Assembly (NCBI GenBank): GCA_029249345.1
Contig: JAQWHM010000007.1
Span: forward strand, 29,793 to 93,792
Source of the DNA: Rhodothermales bacterium
GTDB lineage: Bacteria > Bacteroidota > Rhodothermia > Rhodothermales > UBA10348
Length of the DNA: 64,000 bases
Direction: 5' to 3'
The translations under genes and the position numbers were made by a program. Shown here piece after piece: positions 46,660 through 56,500 of the stretch (its first letter is position 1; every line of letters begins with the position of its first letter). A model generated the notes under the pieces. It had not been told where the DNA came from, ran no database searches, and worked only from the letters and a program-made list of their open reading frames with translations.

Positions 46660-48150
46660 TTATCCGGACACCGGTTCCCTCCTTCCGGGGGACTTCGGTT
46701 TGACCGATGAATCTAACGTGGCCCATAAAACGCCTACGGATCCTTCACCGTCAAGATCGATTTCAGAAGCATACCAACGGGCTCTACGTTTCCCAGATGC
46801 CGTTTTGATGATCAATTCTTGGCTTCGTTCATCCGGGCTGCCGTCAATCCAAGCGCGAAAAACATTCTGCTCTTTATGGGTGGCAAAGATCTTCCGGGTG
46901 AATTTTTTCATGTCTGAAATGTCAGATTGGTCAATGCCGGTAATTAGACGAGCGGCTGGAGACCAGAAAATAGTTTCTGCTTCCTCGTTAAAAGCGACTG
47001 CAAACTGTCCTGTTGCTTGCATCATCCCTTCCAGAAGCCGTTCTGAGTACCTCATTTGGGGAAGCTCAATTTCCAACGATGCACCGTCTCCTGACATTTC
47101 ACATGCCAGTTCTACGGGCGTGGCAACGGGATCAAGCTGCAAAATTTCGGCTACGATCAAGTGGCTCAATTGGTCTTTATACCGAATTGGGCGCACGGAA
47201 AGGGAAATAGGTTGTGTAAGGTCTTCGGTATCGGAGGGGTAAATCTCGAAGTGATCGATCGCCACTCTATCGGATCCCTTTCTCGCCATCCACGAATTCA
47301 ACGTGGTTACAGGTAGAATTCCGTTTAACATGGACAGTGGTTGGCCTTCAATCCATCGGCTCTCAATACTCATCCGCTGAGCGAGAACTCGGTTGGCAGC
47401 GAGAATACTCCCTGCGTCCGAACAGATGAACGCTATCGATGGAATACCGTCAAAAAGTTGCTGGAAACGGGACTCCGTTTCTAAAGACTGTTCCTCAGAC
47501 TTTCGGGCTATGCGAGCCAGATCCACAAAGCAGTCCGCATGGCCTCCAAGCGAGGGAGCGGTTTCAGCCCACAACCGATCAAGAGTGGCTTCCGTCAAGC
47601 GGTTTCTGCGCATAACATCCATGCTTCTTTCATCCAATTTCTTTAAGGGTTCTGTTACTCGACGTTTAAGCGTCCCCCAGATTAGCGCCGCAAGAAGCAA
47701 CCACAGGATGAGACTCACAGCGAGAATCAGTCCCAAATAAAGAGACGTAGCGGCCAATACGGAACGTGGCCTACTCAACAAAACTACCCATCTTCCCATC
47801 TCAGCATGGTGCAGCGCGGTCAACATAATTGTACCATCTCCGAACTGAACAGATTCCTGATTGAAACCGGAACGGCGTCCTTCTAAGCGCCTCCACCATC
47901 TCTCATCAAGACGACTCCCTATGTCAGATTCCTTACTAGATGCTAGAATGTCACCCGTAGCGCTAAGTATCCAAATACGCTCATATCCCCTATTTCGAGC
48001 TAAAACGGTCAGTCCGTTCAGGCTCAGGTGTAAAGAGGCTTCGGTGTCAAACAAGGTTCTTACGGTTACCTGCTGTTCATGGAGTGCCCGGTCCTGTAAT
48101 CGGTTTACTACAAAAACCGAAAGTAAAATAGCACTCATCACAAGCAACAC
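46660..48150 (-). CDS. membrane sensor protein: two TM helices flanking an extracytoplasmic domain, then two PAS-like domains; no kinase core
   Basis: TM1 MSAILLSVFVV, TM2 LGLILAVSLILWLLLAALIWG. PAS-like segments start at FQQLFDGIPSIAFICSDAGSIL and LLEGMMQATGQFAVAFNEE. It ends at TAA 46660-46662, in the same frame as the DHp ORF. GTG at 48150 or ATG at 48138 as start. Confidence 0.6.
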   Translation of the reverse strand: MLLVMSAILLSVFVVNRLQDRALHEQQVTVRTLFDTEASLHLSLNGLTVLARNRGYERIWILSATGDILASSKESDIGSRLDERWWRRLEGRRSGFNQESVQFGDGTIMLTALHHAEMGRWVVLLSRPRSVLAATSLYLGLILAVSLILWLLLAALIWGTLKRRVTEPLKKLDERSMDVMRRNRLTEATLDRLWAETAPSLGGHADCFVDLARIARKSEEQSLETESRFQQLFDGIPSIAFICSDAGSILAANRVLAQRMSIESRWIEGQPLSMLNGILPVTTLNSWMARKGSDRVAIDHFEIYPSDTEDLTQPISLSVRPIRYKDQLSHLIVAEILQLDPVATPVELACEMSGDGASLEIELPQMRYSERLLEGMMQATGQFAVAFNEEAETIFWSPAARLITGIDQSDISDMKKFTRKIFATHKEQNVFRAWIDGSPDERSQELIIKTASGKRRARWYASEIDLDGEGSVGVLWATLDSSVKPKSPGRREPVSG

Positions 48151-48277
48151 GCCGAAAGGAATCAGATTCCCAAAGTGAGCTTCCTCACTGGAATGCCGAG
48201 TCGAACGGTAGCAGATCGATTCACGTTGTTAGATGGTTTTATGGGATTGCTTTATTACTCCCCAAGTATCATGCCAT

Positions 48278-48913
48278 CTACTTATCGACCTCTGGTGGAA
48301 AATCCTTGAAGTGACCGTTTGATTTAATTTTCAGGCGGATCGATTCGGCTTGCTCAACTGCAGGAATAAATTGCTCAAGATGATCAATCAAAAGGCCAAT
48401 TCGGGATGATTCCGTCTGTAACTCAAGGACCTCTTGCTTCTGATCTAAGCTGAGACCAGAATTATGAGCAATAAAAAACGATAACGGATCTCGTTCCTGG
48501 TACATGGTAGGTGCCGGAGTGCGACCAGCCAGTTCCAACAACTTGATGTGTTGAGCAATAACACGCTCAATCATATTCAAATCAGCCGAGCCGGGGGTGT
48601 CCTGAACCATCTCGATGTCAGCCGTTTGATAGGCGCGAGAACGGTACAACTTGGAGACGCGGAACCGTCGCTCTCCAGTGACAACGATATCTCTTTTTCC
48701 GTCCTCCAGCTCCTCCACCTTGCTAATTCGAGCCGTACAACCCATCTGTTCCAATTTGCCCTCTCTGAAGAGCACGATACCAAACGGGATTTCTTGGGCA
48801 ACACAATCGGACACTAATTCGAGATAACGGTCCTCAAAAATGTGCAAGGGCAGTACTTCTCCTGGATACAAGACGACCTGGAGGGGGAAAAGTGGTAATT
48901 TATTTAACTGCAT
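48278..48913 (-). CDS. LON N-terminal (substrate-binding) domain protein
   Basis: 211 aa with LPLFPLQVVLYPGEVLPLHIFEDRYLELV, typical of the LON_substr_bdg domain. No AAA+ or protease domain. Confidence 0.8.
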   Translation of the reverse strand: MQLNKLPLFPLQVVLYPGEVLPLHIFEDRYLELVSDCVAQEIPFGIVLFREGKLEQMGCTARISKVEELEDGKRDIVVTGERRFRVSKLYRSRAYQTADIEMVQDTPGSADLNMIERVIAQHIKLLELAGRTPAPTMYQERDPLSFFIAHNSGLSLDQKQEVLELQTESSRIGLLIDHLEQFIPAVEQAESIRLKIKSNGHFKDFPPEVDK

Positions 48914-49006
48914 GTAGCCTAATAAAATTGAGAATTGGCTTACTCCTACCGCAAACCTCTAAGTTGGTGCCGCTATTTAGAAAGTGAGTGGTATTTTAGT
49001 AGGCAC

Positions 49007-50428
49007 ATGACCACATCTGCTAAAATACTCGCCCCTCTGGACAGGCTCCGCTCACTGGGTGGCCGTCTCCGATTCCAAAAGCTAGCGGTAGGTCTCATCC
49101 TAGGTTGCCTTTTCTCAGGGCCTTTCGCCTTCGACGTATGGGCTCAACCTTTTCCCTCCCGATCCCAAAGTGCCTCAGACTTCCTCTTTGGGTCCTACGA
49201 TGACCCAGCCGAACAATCCAATATCTCCTGGTGGCAGTCATCCAATTCTATCACGCTAAATGGCGGCTTTTCATTGATCGGGCCACAATGGTACACCGCC
49301 TTGGGTGCCGAACTGGACACACGGAGATCTGAAACGGCCCTTCATTTATCCGGTCTTATTCGAACCGGCGTGTACGGGGCTTTTACCGAAGATACCAATG
49401 AAGTTGAAGACCTCATTCGGCTTGTCGATTATGCCCGCTTTCGCTCCAGAAAGGGTGACAACTACCTGCGCGTTGGTCCTCTTAATCGAACCCGCCTAGG
49501 TACTGGCCACCTTGTTAATTTCCTTACAACAGATGCGGCCCGCGATTCTCGCACCGTAGGGGCGGAAGCGCGGGCCAGAGGGGGCATTCTATCACTCGAA
49601 GGATTTTCTGAAAGTGTGCTTTCCGTTGGACTGATTGGCGGCCGCGCTGCCATTTCACCTTTTACACGCTTCAAAAGTCGCATTTCCACATTAACCCTAG
49701 CCGCAAGTCTAGTCACAGACCGGTCTGTCCTTTTGGAGTCAGGGCACCATTTACGGGGGCAAGAAGCCGACCTCAGAATCGAAGCGTTCCGAACCGGCGG
49801 CTTTTCATTCTTTCCCTTTGTCAGTGTAGCTCGGATACCGGAATATGGACAAGGGCTTCTGTTTGGGGCAGACCTAGAGAATCAAAACTTTATTGATCTT
49901 GCACGTCTACACTTCCGGTTGGCCCTTCAATACAATAGTTCAGACTTCCGGTCAGGGTATTTCGGATCCTTTTATACGGTCTCAAGTCATCGAGCCAATA
50001 TCCTTGCCGGCGACGGTGAGACTTCGGCCACACTCGGACTCCGTGAAATCCAGCGAGGAAACAGCATCCATTCAGAACTTCGACTGCTCATTTTTGAACG
50101 GTTTGAACTGTGGTATGCTTTTATGCGCTATCACGGAGTTCAAACGCTTAGTGAATACCATCTTCGGCTTTTCATGCACGGAAGGCAGTTTCGCATCATG
50201 ATCGGACAAGACCGACGCGGGTTAGTCGGTTTTTCTTCGCTTTTTGGAGCGCTGGGATCCGAAAACAGAATGCGTTTTGAGTTCGATTACAGGCTATTTG
50301 GGGCATTCTGGGTGAACTTGGATGCCCATTACACCTATTCCAAGCTTGGAGAAGGCGAAGACGGCACGACTCATTTTTTAGTTGAACGCCGCTTCAATCC
50401 TATGATCGGCCTGAAATTGAGTTGGTAG
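49007..50428 (+). CDS. hypothetical secreted protein, probable outer-membrane beta-barrel
   Basis: From the ATG at 49007: signal-like segment LAVGLILGCLFSGPFAFDVWAQ, strand-like alternating pattern, and a C-terminus ...IGLKLSW with a terminal aromatic residue. Confidence 0.45.
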   Translation: MTTSAKILAPLDRLRSLGGRLRFQKLAVGLILGCLFSGPFAFDVWAQPFPSRSQSASDFLFGSYDDPAEQSNISWWQSSNSITLNGGFSLIGPQWYTALGAELDTRRSETALHLSGLIRTGVYGAFTEDTNEVEDLIRLVDYARFRSRKGDNYLRVGPLNRTRLGTGHLVNFLTTDAARDSRTVGAEARARGGILSLEGFSESVLSVGLIGGRAAISPFTRFKSRISTLTLAASLVTDRSVLLESGHHLRGQEADLRIEAFRTGGFSFFPFVSVARIPEYGQGLLFGADLENQNFIDLARLHFRLALQYNSSDFRSGYFGSFYTVSSHRANILAGDGETSATLGLREIQRGNSIHSELRLLIFERFELWYAFMRYHGVQTLSEYHLRLFMHGRQFRIMIGQDRRGLVGFSSLFGALGSENRMRFEFDYRLFGAFWVNLDAHYTYSKLGEGEDGTTHFLVERRFNPMIGLKLSW

Positions 50429-50431
50429 CAC

Positions 50432-51424
50432 TCAGACTATCGACTGACTCATTTCAAGCATTTTCTCGATTGGTTGAAGCGCCCTGATTCGGATTGCTTC
50501 GTCTAAGTGAATCTCGGGAGCTTCGTGCTTAAGACACAGATACAATTTTTCAATTGTATTCAAGCGCATGTGCGGACACTGACTGCAACTACACCCACTT
50601 TCTGGAGGAGCCGGAATGAATGTCTTGCCAGGAGAGTCTTTCTGCATCTGGTATAAGATGCCCTCTTCCGTTGCCACAATGAACGTGTCATGTGGCTCTT
50701 CTACCGCATATCGGCGGATCTGGCTGGTTGAACCGATAAAATCAGCATGTCTCAATACCGGTTCATCACACTCAGGGTGCGCCAACACAGGGACCCCTGG
50801 ATTCCGAACTTTCAGGCGAACCAGCTTCTGTTCACTAAAGGTCTGGTGGACAATGCAAACGCCATCCCACAGCACCATCTCACGCCCCAACTTTTTATTG
50901 AGGTAACCACCTAGGTTGCGGTCTGGAGCAAAAATGATGGGTTGGCTTTCGGGAATCTGCCGAACGATATGTTCTGCATTCGACGAAGTGCATATGATAT
51001 CACTCTGGGCCTTCGTAGCGGCAGTGCAATTGATATACGAGATGACGATGTGATTCGGATACCGAGCTTTGAACTCAGCAAACTCATCTGCTGGGCAGGC
51101 GTCGGCAAGCGAGCAGCCAGCATTCAGATCCGGAAGAAGCACTGTTTTTCCGGGATTGATAATCTTCGCGGTCTCCGCCATGAAATGCACGCCGGCAAAG
51201 ACAATGATATCAGCCTCCGTTTCAGCCGCTTTTCTAGCTAACCCGAGCGAATCGCCAATAAAATCAGCGATGTCCTGAATAGCTGGCTCCTGGTAGTAAT
51301 GAGCCAGAAGAACAGCATTTTTTTCCTTTTTTAGTCGGTCAATTTCGGCATACAGATCTAAAGACGGATCTATATCAGAATTGACATAGCCAATAACCGG
51401 ATCAACTTGGAGTTGGAATTCCAT
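50432..51424 (-). CDS. nadA: quinolinate synthase
   Basis: [38 protein letters not shown] and HPEC motifs. I prefer the ATG at 51424 (MEFQLQ..., 330 aa) over the track start 51553. Confidence 0.9.
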   Translation of the reverse strand: MEFQLQVDPVIGYVNSDIDPSLDLYAEIDRLKKEKNAVLLAHYYQEPAIQDIADFIGDSLGLARKAAETEADIIVFAGVHFMAETAKIINPGKTVLLPDLNAGCSLADACPADEFAEFKARYPNHIVISYINCTAATKAQSDIICTSSNAEHIVRQIPESQPIIFAPDRNLGGYLNKKLGREMVLWDGVCIVHQTFSEQKLVRLKVRNPGVPVLAHPECDEPVLRHADFIGSTSQIRRYAVEEPHDTFIVATEEGILYQMQKDSPGKTFIPAPPESGCSCSQCPHMRLNTIEKLYLCLKHEAPEIHLDEAIRIRALQPIEKMLEMSQSIV

Positions 51425-51454
51425 TTTTCGGCCTTTGGGGGGCGAATTAATGCC

Positions 51455-51482
51455 AATAGGACAGATATCGAGGGGTCCTATT
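51455..51482. promoter_or_regulatory. perfect 8-bp inverted repeat in the nadA/arsC divergent intergenic region
   Basis: AATAGGAC-N12-GTCCTATT, 31-58 nt upstream of the nadA ATG. Either an operator-like site or a 5'-UTR hairpin. Confidence 0.3.
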
Positions 51483-51589
51483 CTCTGGGTAGTTGAACGT
51501 TCCTGACAGGCGTGCTTTTTACGTAAAGTCCGAATTACCTTCCAGCAGACCAATCGTCCTCGTTTTCATCACCGCTCTCCTATATCGGA

Positions 51590-52006
51590 ATGCCTGTAAA
51601 GTCCAGCATCTTATTCCTTTGCACCCACAATAGCGCGCGATCTCAAATGGCCGAGGCGCTTATGCGACTTCACTATGGAAACGAATTCGACGTTTATAGT
51701 GCCGGAACTGAAGCCACATTCGTGAAAAAGCCTGCTATTGCTGTGATGGAGGAGCTTGGCGTGGATATGAGTCAGCACTACTCCAAGACCATCGAAGATC
51801 TAGGTGATCTAAAAATGGACTACGTAGTTACGGTTTGCGACGATGCCCGAGAGCAGTGCCCATTCCATCCTGGAAAACGAGAGACCATTCACCACAGTTT
51901 TCCAGATCCATCAGGAAAAGGAGAACAATTTGAGGAACAGGTCGATGCATTCCGCATCACCCGCGATCAAATTTCGAAATGGCTAAACGCCCGCTTCGGG
52001 AAGTAG
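51590..52006 (+). CDS. arsC: arsenate reductase, LMW-PTP (thioredoxin-coupled) type
   Basis: 138 aa with P-loop LFLCTHNSARSQMAE and downstream Cys residues (VTVCDDAREQC). Confidence 0.85.
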   Translation: MPVKSSILFLCTHNSARSQMAEALMRLHYGNEFDVYSAGTEATFVKKPAIAVMEELGVDMSQHYSKTIEDLGDLKMDYVVTVCDDAREQCPFHPGKRETIHHSFPDPSGKGEQFEEQVDAFRITRDQISKWLNARFGK

Positions 52007-52007
52007 A

Positions 52008-53441
52008 TTATGGCTTCCAGTCGCGGATGGCATCTATCATGTACGCGGCAACGTTCTCAGCCGGTATCCGATCCTGCTCCATCGTATCTCTATGGCGAAC
52101 TGTTACGCTACCTTCTTCAACAGACTCACCATCTACTGTTACACAGAAAGGCGTACCTACTTCATCCATTCGTCGGTACCTGCGACCAATAGCTCCCTTT
52201 TCATCGTAAAAGGCATGGAAATGCTGCTGTAAATCCTCCTGAATCTTCCTCGCTACTTCAGGCATGCCATTTTTCTTGACAAGTGGGAAGATGGCGGCGG
52301 TGATGGGAGCAATCTTAGGATGAAACTTCATCAGTGAACGGGTATCCCCATCCACTTCTTCTTCCCGATACGCTTCGCACAGAATCGTTAGAACCGTCCG
52401 GTCCAGGCCTGCTGAGGTTTCGACTACATAAGGAAGGTATTTTTCATTGGAGCGGGGATCGAAATACTCCATTTTCTTACCAGAGTGGTCCTGGTGCGCC
52501 CGTAAGTCAAAGTCCGTGCGACTGTGGATACCTTCCACCTCCTGCCAGCCAATCGGGAATTCATACTGAATATCGAACGCTGCATCTGCATAATGGGCTA
52601 GCTTCTCATGCTCGTGCCAGCGCAGCTTAGAGGGCCGAATACCATTATCGATGTGCCATTGCATGCGCTCTTCACGCCACTGCTCGAAAGCCTCCATCTG
52701 AGATCCGGGCTTAACGAAATACTGCATTTCCATCTGCTCGAACTCGCGCATACGGAAGATAAACTGGCGAGCTACGATCTCATTTCGGAAGGCTTTCCCA
52801 ATCTGAGCAATACCAAAGGGTACCTGGTGTCGTCCCGTTTCACGGACGTTGTGGAAATTGACAAAAATACCCTGAGCAGTCTCTGGTCTCAGGTAAATCT
52901 TGTTGTCTGCATCCTGTACCGGACCGATATGCGTATCAAACATCAGGTTAAACTGACGAACATCGGTCCAGTCAAACATTCCTGAGTCAGGAGAACGAAT
53001 CTCCTCAGCCATTATAACATCGTGTAACGCCTTGGACATATCCTCAGCGTTAAGCGCATCTACCAACGCCTGATAGACTCGATCTGCCGTCTCATCTTTT
53101 CCTTTGCGGCGAAGACGGTCGATATATCCTTCGATAAGCTGATCAGCACGATATCTCATTTTCGAGGTCTTATCGTCAATCAACGGGTCACTGAAGGCAT
53201 CCACGTGACCAGAAGCTTTCCACGTCTTAGGATGCATCAAAATAGCCGCATCCAGACCGGATACATTCTGGTGACGGTACACCATGGCGTTCCACCAACG
53301 CTGCGTCACATTACGTTTGAGCTCGACGCCGAGCGGTCCGTAGTCGTACGTGGCGGAAAGTCCACCGTAAATTTCGGAACTCTGAAATATGAATCCACGT
53401 CGTTTGGAAAGCGATACGATCTTTTCAAAGAGGTCAGACAT
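52008..53441 (-). CDS. glyQS: glycine--tRNA ligase (dimeric class II form)
   Basis: MSDLFEKIVSLSKRRGFIFQSSEIYGG..., class II motifs, and a C-terminal anticodon-binding domain. ATG at 53441 preferred. Confidence 0.9.
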   Translation of the reverse strand: MSDLFEKIVSLSKRRGFIFQSSEIYGGLSATYDYGPLGVELKRNVTQRWWNAMVYRHQNVSGLDAAILMHPKTWKASGHVDAFSDPLIDDKTSKMRYRADQLIEGYIDRLRRKGKDETADRVYQALVDALNAEDMSKALHDVIMAEEIRSPDSGMFDWTDVRQFNLMFDTHIGPVQDADNKIYLRPETAQGIFVNFHNVRETGRHQVPFGIAQIGKAFRNEIVARQFIFRMREFEQMEMQYFVKPGSQMEAFEQWREERMQWHIDNGIRPSKLRWHEHEKLAHYADAAFDIQYEFPIGWQEVEGIHSRTDFDLRAHQDHSGKKMEYFDPRSNEKYLPYVVETSAGLDRTVLTILCEAYREEEVDGDTRSLMKFHPKIAPITAAIFPLVKKNGMPEVARKIQEDLQQHFHAFYDEKGAIGRRYRRMDEVGTPFCVTVDGESVEEGSVTVRHRDTMEQDRIPAENVAAYMIDAIRDWKP

Positions 53442-53543
53442 GCAAAAAGTGGCCTTGTTGGAAAAACATTTTGAGATAGACACGCAAATTACGCATCCAG
53501 AAGTTGCCAAAGACGGAGTCGGATTGAATATATCGGTGAATTG

Positions 53544-54260
53544 CTATACCGATGAGTGCACCAACCCCCGTTCGGCTAACGAGGTGAACGAATCCCCAGC
53601 GATAATAATATGGTCTCTGAGCGGAATGCCTAGGGTCTTTCCCGCGGCCGCTAATTGTCTGGTAACGGCCACATCTTCTTGGCTGGGTTCTGGATTTCCG
53701 GATGGATGATTATGAAGGCAAATCACAGCCGCAGCATGTTCGAGTATCGCACGTCTGAAAACTAAGCGGGGTTCAACGATGCTCGAAGACAGCCCCCCTT
53801 CGCTCGCCGTAAAATCAGAAATTCGACCGTGAGCGGTATTTAGAAGAACGACTTTAAAGATCTCTCTTTTTAGATCTGACAGAAAGGGTGCGTACTCCAA
53901 ATACACATCTTGAGGACATCGAAAAGCGGGCGTCGCCGGGCGCGGATGCCGCGCTAGGCGACGCCCGAGTTCAAAAGTAGCTGCTAAACGCGCACTTTTG
54001 GCCGGCCCGATTCCATCCAACCCTTGGTAGTCCCTAACGTCTCTGGATGCCAATTCTCGAAGAGACCCGTACATCGTTAATAATTCGCGTCCCAATCGGA
54101 CTGGACTCTTGTGCGAGGTATCAGTACGCGTTCCGGTGCCAATAATCAATGCCAATAGCTCAGCATCTGTTAACACAGCAATGCCGTGCTCGTGCAATCG
54201 CTCTCTGGGTAAACCGGGCTTTGAGGATCGTGCTGGTAAAACGGTCATGTACTTCTCCAC
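53544..54260 (-). CDS. radC: RadC-family JAB/MPN domain protein
   Basis: N-terminal HhH-like region (PRERLHEHGIAVLTDAELLALIIGTG) and the JAMM motif HNHPSGNPEPSQED. Confidence 0.85.
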   Translation of the reverse strand: MEKYMTVLPARSSKPGLPRERLHEHGIAVLTDAELLALIIGTGTRTDTSHKSPVRLGRELLTMYGSLRELASRDVRDYQGLDGIGPAKSARLAATFELGRRLARHPRPATPAFRCPQDVYLEYAPFLSDLKREIFKVVLLNTAHGRISDFTASEGGLSSSIVEPRLVFRRAILEHAAAVICLHNHPSGNPEPSQEDVAVTRQLAAAGKTLGIPLRDHIIIAGDSFTSLAERGLVHSSV

Positions 54261-54312
54261 TTTCAGGACTTTGACCCTGAATGCGTCCGCACATAACTAC
54301 ACCTTTACCAGG

Positions 54313-55431
54313 CTAGCGCTGGTTAGGAATCAATCCGTTCAGTAAATCCTCATTGGTCGGAGCCTGATGCATATGACGCAAAAGGGCCTGCATAGCATCT
54401 ATGGGGCTGCGACTATTGAGAGCTCGAAACAAGCGGTGATGCTGATCAATGAATTCATCGCCGATCAGAATTTCCTCGTTTCGGGTACCTGATTTTCTAA
54501 GATGAATGGCGGGGTAGATTCTTCTATTAGCCATTTCACGATCTAGAACGACTTCCGAATTACCGGTACCTTTGAACTCTTCAAAAATCACTTCGTCCAT
54601 CCGACTACCTGTGTCGATGAGCGCCGTGGCAATCAACGTCAAGGAACCGCCATCTTCAATATTTCGGGCGGCTCCGAAAATCTTACGTGGAATGTTCATG
54701 GCTCGTGAATCCAATCCTCCAGACATGGTTCGACCTGAACCCTGCGAGTAGATATTGAAATTCCTTCCTAGCCGGGTCAATGAATCCAACAACATGACGA
54801 CATCCTTTCCTTGCTCGACGAGTCGTTTAGCAAACTCGATGGACAACTGGGAAACCCGAACGTGATTGTCTTCATCGCGGTCGTTGGAGGATGCAAAAAG
54901 CGTCGCAGAAGTGGTTCTACTGAAGTCCGTGACTTCTTCTGGGCGCTCATCCACGAGAAGAGCCACGAGCGCCACCTCCGGATGATTCTGCGAAATAGCT
55001 GCTGCTACTTCCTTCAATAGATACGTCTTGCCTGTACGAGGAGGGGCTACGATTAGCGCGCGCTGCCCTTTACCAATGGGTGCGACTAGATCCATAACAC
55101 GGGTCGTATAGTTCGTCGGAGACGTAACCATATTTAATTTCTCATCCGGATAGATCGTGCGTCCGGTTTCGAATTCCCGATGCCTCACCCACTTATCCAA
55201 GGACTCTCCCATTACAGTGTCAATCTGATGGACCTGTAAATCGCCTTTACGTCCGGGACGGAGCGTCCCCTCCATAACAACACCATCGCGCAAGTGGTGG
55301 CGTTTTATGAGAGCTGGTGAGACGAAGGCATCTTTTTTGCCTTTGGGTATGTCGTGGCGAAAATCTCGGATGAATCCGAACTTTTTATCACCAATTAATT
55401 CCAGTATTCCACTGAAGGACGTAGTCGGCAT
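54313..55431 (-). CDS. rho: transcription termination factor Rho (short form)
   Basis: OB/CSD-like RNA-binding start [16 protein letters not shown], Walker [10 protein letters not shown] and R loop regions, RecA-type core. 372 aa. Confidence 0.9.
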   Translation of the reverse strand: MPTTSFSGILELIGDKKFGFIRDFRHDIPKGKKDAFVSPALIKRHHLRDGVVMEGTLRPGRKGDLQVHQIDTVMGESLDKWVRHREFETGRTIYPDEKLNMVTSPTNYTTRVMDLVAPIGKGQRALIVAPPRTGKTYLLKEVAAAISQNHPEVALVALLVDERPEEVTDFSRTTSATLFASSNDRDEDNHVRVSQLSIEFAKRLVEQGKDVVMLLDSLTRLGRNFNIYSQGSGRTMSGGLDSRAMNIPRKIFGAARNIEDGGSLTLIATALIDTGSRMDEVIFEEFKGTGNSEVVLDREMANRRIYPAIHLRKSGTRNEEILIGDEFIDQHHRLFRALNSRSPIDAMQALLRHMHQAPTNEDLLNGLIPNQR

Positions 55432-55559
55432 GCTATTGGATATTCAGAAATAAAATCAGTTGGTTGCTCGTCAGGCTTCGACCGTACAAAAAATCTTAGC
55501 AGTTGCAACCTGAACCCACGACGATATGTTTGTTATCTTTCGGCGTAGGTGTGGACATT

Positions 55560-55606
55560 GCCCGATCTCCGATCCTGAAAGGAATCCCTCGGAGAGCATA
55601 TCGGGC
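55560..55606. promoter_or_regulatory. extended imperfect hairpin in the rho / hydrolase divergent intergenic region
   Basis: GCCCGAT+CTCCGA ... TCGGAG+(AGCAT bulge)+ATCGGGC gives 13 bp in two stacked helices. Hand-folded. Confidence 0.3.
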
Positions 55607-55660
55607 CACAGAACTACTTAATATAGAGGGCGACGGGCCCCGCAACAACGAAAACTGCCT

Positions 55661-56500
55661 TTGGGACTGCGAAATTCAGATTCAGAATCCGAAAAGGACC
55701 TTGAAATCGTCCTAGGAGAGCAGTCCACGCGAATCAGAGTTGTGGATTCAGGCCCTCGCGAGGGCCTCGCACTCGTGTTTTTGCACGGCTGGGGTAGTTC
55801 ATCTCACCTAATGCGCTCCCTTTCCGGTCCGTTATCGGCTGAATTCAGATCCATTTCCATCGACTTTCCAGGGCATGGCAAATCGCCAAATCCACCTAGG
55901 GCCTTAAGCGTCCCTGAGCATGTGTCCCTCGTGCGCGAGGTGCTGAATCAATGCGAAGTTACACATTTTGCGCTCATCGGGCATTCCAACGGAGGGCGCG
56001 TATCGCTCCAGCTTGCATCTGAGTCGGGGCAGGACCTCCGGCCCGCCTTCCTCGCGTTGGTGTCTCCCTCGGGCATACGGCGTAGAAGGTCGTGGAAGTA
56101 TTACGTAAAGGTGTGGGCTGCCCGAATTCTCAAGGCACCATTCAATGTGCTTCCTCCTCGAGCGAAAGAATTTGGTCTGGATTGGTTGCGACACTCATTG
56201 GTTTGGCGCCTATTGGGCTCATCGGATTACAGGGCGTTGAGCGGCGTTATGCGCGAGACGTTTGTGCACACCGTAAATCATTATGTGACAGATCGTCTCC
56301 CTCATGTGTCGTGTCCAGTTCTGGTGTATTGGGGATCTAGCGATGACGCCATTAACCGTCAGCAGATGGATGAGCTCACGAAAGCGCTGCCTGATGGAGG
56401 CCTGTTTGTGCTGGAAGGTGCAGGACATTTCTCTCATCTGAACCAACCCGATGTCATTATAAACGGTGTCCGCACCTTGGCCAAAACAATGAGCCCATGA
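55661..56500 (+). CDS. alpha/beta hydrolase
   Basis: HGWGSS oxyanion region, nucleophile elbow GHSNGG, C-terminal GAGHF. The start is uncertain (TTG at 55661 or GTG at 55742). Confidence 0.7.
   Translation: MGLRNSDSESEKDLEIVLGEQSTRIRVVDSGPREGLALVFLHGWGSSSHLMRSLSGPLSAEFRSISIDFPGHGKSPNPPRALSVPEHVSLVREVLNQCEVTHFALIGHSNGGRVSLQLASESGQDLRPAFLALVSPSGIRRRRSWKYYVKVWAARILKAPFNVLPPRAKEFGLDWLRHSLVWRLLGSSDYRALSGVMRETFVHTVNHYVTDRLPHVSCPVLVYWGSSDDAINRQQMDELTKALPDGGLFVLEGAGHFSHLNQPDVIINGVRTLAKTMSP

Noticed and set aside
51590-52006. arsC as part of an arsenic-resistance island
   Set aside because: No arsR, arsB/acr3, arsA or arsD is adjacent. The neighbours are nadA and glyQS, so it appears to be a solitary LMW-PTP-type reductase.
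53544-54260. RadC/JAB protein as a marker of a mobile or anti-restriction island
   Set aside because: It is the full-length form with the N-terminal HhH region, flanked by glyQS and rho, with no integrase, transposase or repeats nearby.
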